A model generated the notes under the pieces. The model made no database searches. It had not been told where the DNA came from and saw only the letters and a program-made list of their open reading frames with translations. Below are positions 12,405 to 27,400 of a stretch of DNA of 64,000 bases, in pieces (position 1 is the first letter of the stretch; each line of letters opens with the position of its first letter). Made by a program: the position numbers and the translations under genes. Source of the stretch: Lingula anatina (Eukaryota; Animalia; Brachiopoda); contig CM120645.1 of assembly GCA_051362555.1 (NCBI GenBank), positions 22,816,001 through 22,880,000 of the forward strand. The letters are read 5' to 3'.

Positions 12405-15400
12405 CTATGTCCACTTCTTAAAGGCCTGTGTGCCCTGGCTCTTCCACTCCTGTCTGGTAATACAGGTCTGTTCAAACACCCCCAGGTTGCCCAGGGTGCT
12501 GGCGCCAATGTAGGCAGCATGGTACCTCTGGGGGGAGGTGTGTACCTGGAGAGATAGGAACAGTAAGGGAGGATAATGGCACTGCAGATTTGTTCATATT
12601 TCTGTTACTACAGGTATAAATGATTTACAAACACAGACACACACAAATTAAATAAAAATAAAAAACTTTGGACAGTATAAAGTAGGACATGAGTGACTAC
12701 ACAAGTATCAAAATGATGGATTGTAAAATCTATGCAAGTCTGCAAGACAACAGATCTATGAGCTGTGGTGCATTATTGTGTTAGGTGTTACACCTCAGTC
12801 ATCTTCTTAGGTGTGACATCTTAGTCATTGTGCTAGGTGTGACACCTCAGCCATTGTGTTAGGAGTGACATATTTACCTGCACCACAATGGAAGAAGGCA
12901 CCAGTTTGGACAGTTCAATTTGTAATCTTTCAGCAAAGCCAGGCAGCATTGTGACTCCTCCACTCAAATAGATGTGTCTGGAATAATTCAACAAAAACCT
13001 GTGTCATACATATATTAAAGTAATCACTTAATTACCAGTAAAAAGAAGAAAAAATTTAAATGTCTCTACATAGCTGGTTGATACAAGTAACGGGTATGAC
13101 TAAGATCACTACTGCAAAGAGACAGGATAAGTTTCCAACTCCCTGTTATTTTTTGTCCCACCGTTACCTGTACATCTCTCTCCTGTGGTCCATGGGGCAT
13201 GCCTGCACTGCCTTGTGGACCAGTTTGGGCACCGTGGGGTTGTCCATCCCCCACAGCTCTGTGTTCATTAAACCCTCTGGGCTGATAAACCGGCCTGCCT
13301 CCAGGTCGACCTTCTCACAGGTGCCCTGAGGTACGTCAAAGTTGGTGAGATTCAGCGCCTTTCTGAACTCAGCTGGGTTTTTACTGCACTCCACCAGCTC
13401 CTGGTTGTAATCTGTGGCTACATAGCAGATCTGAAACAGACGAAAGTGAAGCTTTATCAAATTTTAAAAGTCTCTCCAATCACAGCACCATAGAAATTAA
13501 TGACAGTTATTTTCTTAAACATATACAACATATTTTCTAAATCAGACTCTTATTCATTCCCTCAATTTTTCAAAACTGTAATTTAATAAAATTCCATCTT
13601 GCTTATGAGAATGCCTTAGAACTAATGAACAAAGACCCTACTAACAGGAATGGACACACATCACTATACCAAGACATTCCTCATTCCTCAATACTCACCT
13701 GTTCCAGCACGTAACGGACTATCCATTTCTCCACCTCCGTTGAGAAGTGATACCTATTCTCCGTCAGTTTATGGTTGAGGTCGTCTGCCACCCTCTGCCC
13801 GCCATATGCCTGCCGCGTAAGACCAGCATCAACAATGTAACCTGAACAAGTTAATTATTTTGATAATCTAATATCACATAAATATATTTTGACATTCTTT
13901 ATAGTTTGTGTGATTTCTCCAGTAGGGACTTCACTCAGTAAGTGCAGCAATGAGATATTTAAATATCCTAGTATTATATCAATATATTATTTCAATACTT
14001 TTTAATAAGTGCAGCGTTGAGCTCTTTAAACATTTAAGTATTATATCAATATATCATTTATATACTTATATACCTTATGTGTGACACTTCACTCATTACC
14101 TGAGACCAGGTTAACACAAAAGTGTATATTTTAAATTAACTGACCATCAATAATAGGCACAATGTCCATCCTCTCCCCAATGTCCACAATGACCCCTGAG
14201 GAGTTGCTGTAGGAGTAGAGAGCCAGGATGGGCTGGGCCACCATACTGACCCCTATCACACTGTACTGGTCAATGAGGAGGGTCATCAGGTCCTCCTTCA
14301 GCTTGTTACTGTTCTGGGGGATACTCATCATCACCTGATGGAAAATGTGGATATAAAACAATTAACTAAAATTACTTTCCTCCATATCTTTCATCAGTTT
14401 ATCATGACTGTTCTTGTTGAAAATCAAAACAAAATGTTAAGAAATAGATCTTTGTAGAAGAAAAAAAAACAAATCAAAACACCCTTTTTGTGCAAAAAAT
14501 AAATCATGAAAGTGAATAAATGAAAAATATTAACAAGAAAACAGAGGTCTTCAAGAAACAACTGCACATTACTGGTATCTAGGAAATGATCTGAAGTTTC
14601 TTACCCAATGTTCTGCAGGATTTACTTGTAATTCCTGGAACACCTTCTCTAACACTCCAGGCAACAGCTCCAGGTCAAGAGTAAACTGAAAAAAAGAAAG
14701 TTTTAACAACATAAAAGACTAAGTCATGGTTCAATTTAATCTATATATCTGAGAACTTCAGCAAAATTAGTGTCTTCCTAAGGTGCTCCAACAGTAAACA
14801 TGAAAACACGCCCACACTGTAAAAATCTTTGTATGCTTTATAGGATGACTATATGTAAAAAAATAAATAAATAAATGAATAAATAAATAAATAAATAAAT
14901 AAATAAAATGAGGCCTCTTACCTTGTCCACCTTTATGGAAGGCTTTATGGGATGCATCAGGGTAGACCTGTCCCTGACATCAGGTTTGTAGGCATCAAAT
15001 CCATAAAACTTCTGTCCTGTTGTCTTGTTTACAGCCACTACACAGGGGAAAAATACCTGGGGAAGGGAAGCTGGGAGAGAAAATAAATTATCATTATTAA
15101 ATAAAACAACAATGCATATCTTAAAGAAATCAAATATCAGGTGATAAATGGGCAATTATTGCCCCCCAAAAAATGAAAAAATTATAATCTTTATGATAAT
15201 ACAATAAATATTAGATAATTGAAAATAAGAAAACCTATAAAATGCAAGTGCAAAAAACACACAGCTCTTTTTTTTTTTTTTTTGGTGGTTGTTGTGGGGG
15301 GTCTATAGGGCATAAATATAACCCCAAAATATGTGTTGTCTTTTTTTCTTTTTAAGGAAGACCTCATCTTAAATCAATCCCATAGTGACTTACGTTCCTT

Positions 15401-18400
15401 TCCCAGTAGCCCAGCTCTCACTGAACAGCTGCCGAGATCCAGCACTATCACCTTCTACACATGAAAATATTTAGATGAATGTATCAATTAACATCTTTAT
15501 CATGAAGGTTAAGAAAAAAGGTGTACAATAGCTAGCTGCCTGCAGTGTTAACATGTTGAGATAACTGATTAATATCTTTCAACATTAAATTCTATGTAAA
15601 AATCTACCTGTTCTCACTTACTCTCACAAATACATTTCTGCAAAAAATAATTAAGTTCCTTTTAAATGAAAAAAAAAATGAAAAAAAAAAAAAGAAAGAA
15701 AGAAAAAATTATACGTGTTATCAAACAAAATCCCAATATACATGTACATACCCTTGTTTTATGTGGCGTTGGTTTAAGCACTGGGCGCACATATGTAGCC
15801 TCACTATGGTCTGCGGTCTGTGACTCCAGCGCCACCTTCCAGTCATTATATTCTCTGTCAGTGGGACAGCGTACCATGAGATAATGACCTCGCTGTGGAT
15901 GCAAAAATATTTGATCATTAGTTCCATTAGTTATTGACTTATACAAGCCATTAAGGTTATGTTTAAGTAATTTAACAAAACAACATAATAAATAAATAAA
16001 TGAAAATAAATTCACAAATAAAATAAAAAAATAATAATAATAATAATAATAATAATTTATTTTTCTATGGCGCATTCCATTAAAAATCTCAATGCGCCTT
16101 ACAACATTCACTTAAAAGAGCTAAATAACACAATACTAATATAAGAACACATTACAATTTTAAAGGACTAAGAACTAATTTAAAGAACCAATTATTCATA
16201 TTCTAAAATGATAAGAACCTAAAGTGACAACATTTAAAATTAATCATAAAATTACAGTACACCTTATTAAAAACTAAAATTAACTATATGATGAAAATAT
16301 GAAATGAGATCTAACATGCTTTGCAAAATATATTAATTTTTTTTATGGCCAGAACTATACAGGAATGGCAAAGGTTATATCCATCATACTGCTTTGTAGT
16401 TTTATCTTTTCTGAAAGCATAATTAGCTATATATCATCCACTTCTGAAAAAATTAATTTTTATACAGATCCTTACCCCATCATCAATCCCCAATACTTTC
16501 CCTCCAATCTCGTCCACAGTGCCCCCCATTAACTGGACAAACCCACTGGGGCGGTCCTGTCTCTGACTCTGGAAATATCATAGGATACAGGTAGATATAG
16601 GAGAATGTCATTGTGTTACTTAGCTGGGGCAGTTTATTTATCTTTCAACTTACGAATTGAGCACTATTTCTATTCACATCAAAGCTTGTAAAAAAGGCAA
16701 AACAGGGTGGCATCATGGAAGAACTAGTCCCTGGCTAGACAGTATGTGCGTGACTGTGTGCAAATAAAAATATATATAAACTGAAAACAACAGAAGTCAA
16801 ATAGTAGTTTGATGATATTGGCATATTCTCCAAATATTACACATCTAGATATTGCAAGCAAGGTCTAAACAGAGCCAAAAGGTTCACATAAGACAGAGTG
16901 ACCTTACACTGGTGATGGTACTACAATATAACACCCATGAAATATCCAGTGACTTAACCCTGGTGACAGTACTGCAATATAATACACTGAAATTAAGTGG
17001 TAATGAAACTTTGTCTATGTAAAAACCTAGCATTTTCTTCTAATCAAAAGCCATTTTTCCAAACTTCTTAAAAGGTTTTTTATGTGTGCTAAGCTATCAA
17101 ATGTTTCACAAAAAAAAAAAAAAAAAAAAAAATCAAGCTGGCACAGCAAATCTTTTACTATAACAGACATAAGGCATATATAGCTGCTATTATCACACTT
17201 AAATTTCCAAGAATGGCTTTAAATTTACAACTTCACCTTTCCTTTAATAACTTTGTTTGATTGCCTTAAATACATTTTAAGTTCCATAAATACTGCACTG
17301 CTAACTATCACAGTATTCAGTGTTACCCTGGTCCAAAATTAAGCCATAAGAAATAGTATACTGGTACCACCCGTAGAAACAAAACATTTATATACGAAGT
17401 CATGATTCTGACAAGATATATAATATTTTGTACAGGACAACAACAATATTGCATATGAATAAACATACTGTTCCCCACACACTGTGAAATGTTAGTAGGT
17501 ATTGGGCCTATCCCCTTTTTAAAAAAATTGTAACCACACTAACAAAAGGTCACCTCTTGAGTGTTAAGGTTTTTGGGTCTTTACTCACAATACCAAGACA
17601 TGTTACTGGGGAGTGGGTATTGAAAGAATAAGTATTTGAACCCTTAAGTGGTCTGGGACCAACCATTTTAGTAATTACAAAGGAATGGGTGGCTCCAGGC
17701 ACAAGCCTGTTAAGTAAGAAAATGTGAATTAAAAAATAGTATTGGAAATCCGGTCCGCCTTTAAGTGGTAAATAGCGGGTGGAATTTTCTGAAAAAGTGG
17801 ACCATTTTAAAGTGAATTTACATGTTTTCATATAACTTAGATTAAATTTGGATTCAGAGTGGAACTTCTCCAAGGCAAAAAGGACTGTCAGTGTTTAAAA
17901 TTAATAGTAAGGAAACAGACTACCCTTCTCTGTGACTCAATCCAATGGGACGTGCTCTGCAAAAAGGTTTCAAAAGGGTATTACATTTAACCAGGTCAAT
18001 TTTCCATCTTGATATAGACATGTATTTTGGTTAGTAATAAACCTTGATCAGTTCACCAACTGTATACAACAGATACACTGTGAATACGAGACCTAGTACG
18101 CCAAGACAACTTGAAGCTTGGGCAATAAAACACAAGGTACCAAGGAGTGTTAGTGTGTTATACTGAACCAGGGACCCCCAAATAGCTCCAAATTCCTGCA
18201 TGAAATCAATGGCTGCAATGGCTGAACACATAGGCAACACAACATGTAGCCATGGCAACATAACATGTAGCCATGGCAACACAACATGTAGTCATGGCAA
18301 CACATGAAGCCTTGACAACATTACCTACCTCCGTGTCCTAATTTGTAAAGAATGAAGAAAGTGTACTTTGAGTTATTGTTAAGTTTATGCTGTGAAGTTA

Positions 18401-21400
18401 AAAAAAAACTTATTTACTAATAAACAAAAAAATGTTTTACTTCATTGCCTTTTCTAACAAAAAATGGCATAGCATCTTATTCATACTGACGTTTTCTTAT
18501 TTTAAAGTATCTAAAATACATTAAATCTACAGTGCTAGCAGCATTATTGCAATAGAAGGGGTAATCTGTGTAACTGATACAGAGTCTTTTGTGCAGGCTC
18601 TCAATATAGTATTTAAATGATCCTTTACCTTTAAAGAGTAATATAATAAACAATATCTGACCTTGTGTTTTTCTCTAATGTTTGTCAACATCACTTCAGT
18701 TTTAGTTACCAATTTTTAAACTTACGTCATAGTAGAACAAATTTCCTTCTTTGGCTCGGAAGTATCTTTTCTTCCATGTTTTAAGCAATGTAGCTTTTTT
18801 CTTTCCCATGGGTAATTTCTCCATGTAACCTTCCATGGTAATGAACTTCGTGGCAAGGTCTTCATCCTCCTGGACACAAAATAAAAGTAGAAGTCAAATG
18901 GTGGTTAAGAGACTACTTTCTAAATCTTAACAACTTGGTGATATACGTAATCATTTTTGTCTTGGTACTTTACACAAACCAGGAATAATTTACCTTGTAA
19001 TTCCTTATCAATAAGACTGTTCATGTTGCCAAAGAATTTACTTTACTATTACTTTACTACCCAGAGTGAAAATCATTCACAGGTCTACCAACACCCATCG
19101 ATATGTGGTCCCGATTTGTGGGCTGAAACATACTTCCACTAATATTTTAGTAAGTGGTTACTATCACTCAAAGGTCAGTTAATACTTGTAATTCTTGTTT
19201 ATGTTGATAAAAATGTTGACAGGATTGTTTACAAATTATTTTAGTTCATCTTAAATGAGAAAAATAAACAATAAATATCTGTCAGAAAAACACATACCTG
19301 AGGTTCAAGTTTTATTCTATATATCTCCTTCATCAATTTCACCTACAAAAGATATAAGACAAGGAAAAACTTAAACATTGAAGTGACAATAGTATAATTA
19401 TGGAAATGGAGTATGGAGAAACGTCTTCATTCCATCGTTTTTTTTTTTCTTTTTTCTTTTTTTTTCCTGTGACCAACTAAAACGATGTACAGAAAGGTCA
19501 CAATGCAGAGTTCACTACTTAAAATATATTCAGGAAGATCTTAAATATCACCCAAAATCATAATAATGGGGATACAAAGAACAGGCTAAGAAAATAGTCG
19601 ACAACACTTTAATAAATGAAAAATAGAGAAAAAAATATATATATAATAAGAAAATAGACCATAGTAAATAAATGAAAAATCAAAAAGATAAATTGTGTGG
19701 TGAAAACTGCCATGATAGCAAGCAGACATGAGGGGCTGAACACCTGCTACCATGACCAATATATTTACACATATTAACACATATATTTGGCTGACCTATT
19801 GGTACAGTATACTGACATTTAACTCTCCAAGGTGTGGCACCTTGGCAGGCGTCAAGCAGAAATACGCAGACATGCACTTTTGGCAGTGACGTTCAAGGAT
19901 GTTAGAGCTTTTTTTTTTTCTTAAAATGGATATCTACGTTAAAGTTGGAGACCCATATTTGTACATATGGCAGTAATGTTTTATCCCCTTTGCCTTCCAT
20001 AAGTAAAACTACAACAAATTGAAAATTTAATAGAAAGATTAACACAGGACATCCAGACAAAACAAAAATATGGTTTGGCAGTTTAAGGGTAAACAACAGC
20101 TGTGCAGGACAGCAACTTATACACACAAAGGGATCATTATATATATATATATATATATATGCAGTACCCGTGTGATAGAGTAGAAGCATGTGAAAAGATT
20201 AACAAAAGTCAAGAAGAAAGACAGTCAGATTCAAAAGATCAAAATTCAATTAGTGTCAGAATGCCATGAAGAGGAATAGAATTAGAGAATACTAGAACAG
20301 CGAAAGTTTAGTGGTAAATAAAAAACAAACAAACAAACAAACAAAAAACAATCATTATGGTTACAAAAAATTACAAACAATGCTTACAGGATCCCAATTC
20401 TTCAAGGTCACCCTTGGCTGCACTATTTCTTCCTCCTGGTCCACCTCGCCATCTACCTCCCCTCCTGAAGAGACACAAAATTCACTACTATCACATGAAC
20501 ATTCTGTGGTATCTCCTCCATACCTGGAAGAGCCGCTGAGGCTGCTATAACAAGTGGACGCACTCCCCCCAATGTGCCTTTTCTTGAGTGTGACATAGGG
20601 GGTGGCATATTTACTACTGGAATCATCAGAATCTGGGTATTTTTGGGTACTCAGGGTGATTTTGCTCAAATACTGTGGCCCTGAACTCTCCTCTTCTCTG
20701 CCATTTTGTTTTTTTCGCAGGGTGATCAGACGGACCGCTTTTGATTTTCCGCCAGGCCCCAGAGTGCTGTGACTCCTGTGGACCCAATCATTTCGTAAGA
20801 AAATATTGTTCTTATTTAGACCACCAGTTGGGCTGGGAGCGTCCTCCACCTCGCCTTCCTCGCTGTCAGTGTCTGGTGGGATGTGGAGAGCAGCTATGCT
20901 TTTCGCCCTTTTGCCGATGCTTCCAAAACTGCTTTTCCATCTCGTTGGCGGTGATGGCGGGACCAGTTTGAAGGTGCCCAAACCAGTGAAAAATTTCTCC
21001 ACAGCTGGTGGGTTTAGACTAGAAACAGAAATTGGTGATCTGGATCGACGTTTGTCTCTGGGTGAGGAGTTCTTCACATATCTCCCTGATAAAGTTTTAG
21101 TGGACTGCGGCAAAGTGGTGTAGTTTTTGTCGTTCATACTAGCGCTGCCACCTTGTGCCCCATTTTGCCAGTAAACGATCAGCTTACGACAGCTGCTCAT
21201 TTTGAAGGAAATATAACAGGGTTTAATCCAAATGTACCCTTGTTAAAAGCATAGCTACTGTTGGCCTAGTGCATTTATCAACATAAATTCGTTGCAATAC
21301 AATTCTTTTCTGAAATGATAGTTCCCTGATCTGACTTGTTATTTTGCAGATGCTGGTTTAATATTGATGAAACTGGCACAGATTTTTCTTCAATCCACTC

Positions 21401-24400
21401 AATGTAAGTTGGTATAATAGTTCCACAACCTGCATCTTTGTGCCTTGTGTCACATTAGTAATGAATGAAGAAAACTTCAGTCAAAACATTACATATTGCC
21501 CAGAGATTACTGCGTTAAGATAAAACACAAAATGCACGACACCTATGAAGCTGATATTCCTGTTTCGTAGAGGTAAAACTGCCCACTAGACACATCTAGT
21601 TCTTCTCCATTGCTGCTCACAGAGACTGGTTTTTACCCAAAAAGTCATGTAGAAATAAGTCAGTTACTCCTTTTTAAGTAGTTATAACAAAAGTTCTGCA
21701 TTTATGATCTGTCAGCAATAAGTCAACTACTAACTATGGCATCTATGGTATTTTACGCAGTTAATTAATCCTCTTCCTCAAAAAGCTAAAAAAAGGTTGT
21801 GAAGTTGTTATGGATTCTGTACAAAATATTAACAATTTGTTTGTATTCCTCAATTTTTTTTTACTGTACAGTCAATTTCAAATGGTCCTGATGGAAAGAT
21901 TTCCAATGTAACTGCAATCCCCTCCAACATTTAAATCCTTCCGAGTTATGCACTGTTCCCAATCTTCATATCTTCCTACTTGTTGACAGGATCAGACTTC
22001 ATCCTGTAAGATACTGCATCCAACAGTAACTGCACACACACACAGAGATCATCTGTATTCTAATAACTAAAGTAATGGCCTGTCACAGCTGCCGTCCTCA
22101 AGATCCTGACCTGGGAATGCTGGGAAGATCCTCCATCTTGACAGCTGCTACAGCGGACTTGCGTCAAGGAGAGCTAAGAAAAGGCCCCAGCATGTCGTCA
22201 CGGCAAGTGGCATGTCATCGGCCACGCCAAGCTAATTATGGGGCAGATCAGTTAATTGGATGAGAGCATGACCTGTTACTTTAATTTGAACACCAATTAC
22301 ATTTCTTCCACCTTTAAAAGGCATTAATAAGCAAATCATTTTTCCAGTATCAAAAACTGAAGATAACAGTTTACCCAAAAGAGTACTTCACAATATGTCT
22401 TATTATATAACTTTTCAGTGAAGAGAAAGAACAAAACTGCCTACTTAATTCAAGCCAGCTTTTATCAATGACGTTACAATTCTTTAAAGCCATGAAATCA
22501 TCGCCAGGTGTTACACAAGATGTCACCATGATCAATTCAAATTATAACAGTTCACAGGCAGTGACAACATGTTATAAGACATTGAGGTATGGGCCAGTTT
22601 ATAGCTCAGATAGATTTAAAACCAATTCAGTAAAAGAGTATACCACCCATCAAATGATATATTCATTCACCGGTATCATGTCATGAGAGATACTTGTATC
22701 AAAATTCAGATCCAACATTGGGACAAAAATGTTCTAGTATATTTAGATCTTATTCCCAATGAAACTATTGTACTATGGCCTCATTTAGAAGAGTGGACTA
22801 ACTAGTCCGAGTGTCAAATATAGCCAACCCACTTGCATACTTCCCTATAGGATATCTATTCAGTGTCTAATAACAGATTAGACGGCAAGCTTTATAATGG
22901 GTCACCATATTTGACCCTCGGACTAGTTACTTCACTGTTCTGAATGCGGCCTTTGTAAACTGATCCAAATAAGTGCATTCAGCAAGAGTCCCCACAGTTT
23001 TCTTCCTAGTGTTGAGTAGAATACAGAAAAACTGGTACACGAGAAACACCCCTGTAACAATTACAGTCAACTTTTTCCACTACTCTAAAATAATTTTAAT
23101 TACCCAAGAAATTAACCAAACAAACCTTCAAATCATTATCTTAATTTGCTCACCTGTATATGTATTCCATATGGGCAAGACATTAAGGTCAAATAAGACA
23201 CAATTTATGGAGAGAGAAAACGATCATAAAAAATAACTTTCAATTACAAACTCTTAAAAACTGACATTAGGAACTAATAATGTAAAGTTGGAGATGGCTC
23301 CAAGTCTTTTTCATGACGTTTAATAGCAGTAACAGTGTGCAAGATGACAAATACGTCACAAATGGAAAGCAACTTTTTTCCACGTTTTTCCACATGTTAC
23401 GCGATAATTGCTGGATGTGTCAAAGTGCAAGGCTAGATGTCAATTATATACATTAATATGCTAATAGATATCCACAGCTTGTTAATACCAAGTAATATTC
23501 TGTCTTGCATAAAAATGAGATTTCAATTATTTAAGGTTAATGGTGCAGCTAATTGATTTACTGCTAATGACAAATCAGTAGCAAGTGGCAAAAATTTAAA
23601 GACATTTTCTAATAACTTATCAACAAAATCTGCTTAATCAATGTTGTAATGTTGTAATCAATGTAATAAAAAAAAATTGCCCCAAAAAATAAAAATAAAA
23701 CTTACCAGAATTATACCAGGTGCTTGCTGATTTTGAAGCAGAAACAGCAGATTCCTTCTTTTCCACAATCTCCTTCTCAAAGACACTGTTCTTACTCTCT
23801 TCCTGCTTCACCGCAGATTTTTTTGTAGCCCGTTCCTCCTCGGCCTTTTTTTCGCTGATAACTTTGACACCTCCGCTCTTCTTTGGTGGAGGCTGAGAGA
23901 CGGCCTCAACAGTTTCCTTCTCTATATGGTTCACAGACATCTCCTCCACTTCTGGCAGAGATTCCGCAGAGCCATTTACAAGTGCTTCTGATTGGTCATT
24001 TACTTTGGGCTTTTCTTCACCAAGCGTAATTTCTGCAGCAACTTTGTGACGTTCATCAGAGCCTTTGTTTTGTGTGTTCTCAGAACTGTGAGATGGTTTG
24101 GAAGGTTCACTTGGTGGTTTCACATCACCTACTCTGTCCGTCTTTTCAATAATTATCACATTTTTCACTGGAATGTTTTTGGATACTTCAGCATCAGGAG
24201 GACTTTCATCTTCACTTTGACTTTTTCGTTTCTGAGCTTTTATATTGCTAAATGCCACCTGGGCAATGGCGTCTGCTTTAGCTTTACGGTCCACAGATGA
24301 TTCACGTATAAAATCCTTTCCATCCGGAACTGCCTGTACTGTAGGGGCAACGGTTTTCTCAACAAGGTCATCCTCTTTGGTTTGTGAATAGGACTCAGGT

Positions 24401-27400
24401 TTGACAGAGAGTTTTGTATCAGTTTCAATGTCATCTGGGACTGTTATGAAAAATTTCTGTTCCTCCTCATCTTCATCACTTTCTTCATAGTCACTATCAT
24501 TTCCTGCCCCACTTTCCCTTTTCTCATCATTTTTCTTACCATTAGAGGAATCATTCTGATCAATTATAACAACGTCTGCAGAGTGAAAGTTTCTAATCTC
24601 ATCTGGAATGGAATTCTCCTTCTCAATCTTCAAAGGTTTCACAGTAAGTTTAGGAGAAGAGGTCGTAACAGTACTATGGTCATTTTTGACCCCCTGGTCA
24701 ACGTGAACTGAGCCATTGGTCGCCCTTGCTGGCTTGGGTGGTTTTTTCTTGGTCTCAGCTTCAGTATTTGGTACATCTTGGATTTGGACACTTGGATGGA
24801 AAGATTGCTGCAATAAAGAATACCAAACTAGAAATCCAGAATCATCAAGTGTTTATACTTTCAAACTATGATCTGCTACCTTGATCTAAGCAGAAATCAG
24901 AATGTCTTTAATCACAACTATTTATGGTCCAAAAGACCCCACCTCCTTGTAAAGAGAAGTGCATTATGTGCCCCTTTCAGCTAACACAATTACAGCTTCA
25001 GTCTCTGCAACTTAGATATATGATTGCGTTTGTTGTGACATCACCAAGAACACAATCTCTATCTAAACTACCATAAATACCACAGACCGTAACTTTTATA
25101 ACAACTTGGAAATTTACCATTTTTTTTCCAATTTTTTTGAACTGAAGATTTTTTGGAGACAATATATTTATATCAATCTCAACCTCACCTGACTGAAACA
25201 TTTCATATTCCTTCCCATGAGCATTTGTAACCTGTTCTGTGATAGGACGAGCTGCTCAGAGATTTTGTCCTGTTCGGCAGAGTTGTCCGGTGCCTGCGCG
25301 AGCTGGACAGTCAACTGGTTGAAGTGTTCCTGTTCTCGCGCCATCTCCTTCTGTAGCAGTGATAAGGTGGTGATACAACTCTGGAAGATGAATGATAAAA
25401 TATTCATGTCTCATAGGAAAAAATATTAGCCTTGAAACAATATGACTTAGTTTTCCTTGAAATGGTAACTCTGACAGGACTCAACTTAATGGAGAGAGAG
25501 AAAAATGGCCTCGATGAAAAATATTAGCCTCACTATTAAGTGCGCTGGAACAGTTCAATCATAATTATACAGAAATTGCTCACACTTGCTAATATTATAA
25601 TTAACACTACTTGTGTGGACAAATACAGCAGTTTCAACCATTTTTAATATGACATACTGACAACTCAATGTTCAAAATTCCCATATTAGATCAGTAAAGA
25701 TCCAATTCATGCAACCCATGCTATTACATGCAATTTTTATGAGAAAATAAAGAACAACTTGTTCCATTCCAATCACTGTTGTTCTTTTACAAGGCTTCCC
25801 AAAAGTAGTTTTTTTTAAATATCTCATTAACCTATTTTTTTCCAAGCTAATAAATTGTCAAACACAAACTACCTATGAACTTGTTATGTATCCGTATTTT
25901 GCACATAGTATTTTGTACATAGTTTACCTTTTAAGTAAAGTCTATAGCATTTCTTCTCTCTTACAGAAACCTAGTCGACTCAAACCTGATAAACCCTTCT
26001 TCTTACTATTTACAGACACTCCTGCTTAAATGTACATAACCATTCAACTCTAATGAGAATCTCCAGATAGAACTCCAAGAGTTATCAACCTATATTAACA
26101 CTAGAGTACAGTGTCTGTCTATTTTATATATGCATGCTGTAAAACCTCAACCACTGAATGATGTGGCCAAATTTATAAATGTGCTGGCATCTTTGTTGGT
26201 AATGTTCCTTTTTATAGCTGAGTTTACGTAAATAATTAAGATAAATGTGTAGAAAAGATAACACAATGAACAGAAGTGTAGCATTTTTTGTAAAAGACTG
26301 TACAAAAGCTTTTCATGTAAGTCTTGTTTTATATGCACAGATAAAGTATGTTTTACAGTTACAGTAAGGTTAATGTCCGTCTGTGTCATAAAACGCGGAA
26401 AACATGGGGTCACAAGAGAAAAACGTTTCTGTTGATTTTCTAATCTTTGAATGATCCAACTTCAAAGTGAATAGAACAAGCTTTTTATCTTGACTTATGG
26501 AACAGCTAAAATAATTGATAAAATGGGATTATACTGTCAAAAATAATCTACTAACAGGTGCCCAGTTTTGATATGTAAACTTGTGCCACAATAAAGACGC
26601 TGTATCTTACTGATGTATGAGTACAAAATTATTTCTTTGGCTTAGCTCTCTGTTTGTGTGGTCATGTTGGGAAAATTTTCCCATCAAAATTCTCATAAAA
26701 GTTTGTGAGAAAAAATATTTCCAATTTCCATAGCTCATAAAAACATTGGAGTACCCTTTGATTCTGACAACATAAAAATACAGTGTTGGCTGGAGGCAAA
26801 AGCTGTCAACTTCAAAGTTCAGATCCAAGGTTTAACATGTTGATTATTTAGGCAAATCATAAACTACATTATTTGCTCCCTAATTTTATACCAGTGTAAT
26901 ATACACAGCTTACAACTTGCATAACTGTAGACAGACTTATCATGAAAAAGAAATGGGTTAGATATTAGATATTCATTCCAAACCATGTCACTCTTTATAT
27001 TCAATATAGCCTAAAAATATAATTAATATAACTGGAGACATGATAATGAGATCATGAATTATTCACTTTTAATACTTTCATAACAAGACAAAAAAAATCT
27101 TGATCAATAATCATTAAATATATTTATATAACTAATACCATAACAATTTTCATGTGAAAACATCATGCCTTTAGTATGACAGTTACTGGTAAAACATAAC
27201 AAGTAAATAAAAATAATGAAATTAATTTTAAATGCAAAATATTAGGCAAACGTCATCATTTTAAACCCCAAATGTAACTGAAGAAAACAGTCAATTGAAC
27301 ATAACAGAATATAACTGTATTCACACAAGAAAATGCAACCCAGTCTTATAGTTCTGTATTATTAATTAGTGAGAATTGTAGTCATTTTAATCAGAAAGTT

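Noticed and set aside
12300-12405. Stop-codon readthrough of the PH-actin gene
   Set aside because: A second in-frame TAG follows three codons later.
13938-14070. ~68-bp intronic tandem duplication (similar case at 16905-16995)
   Set aside because: Ordinary local slippage duplications with no sign of function.
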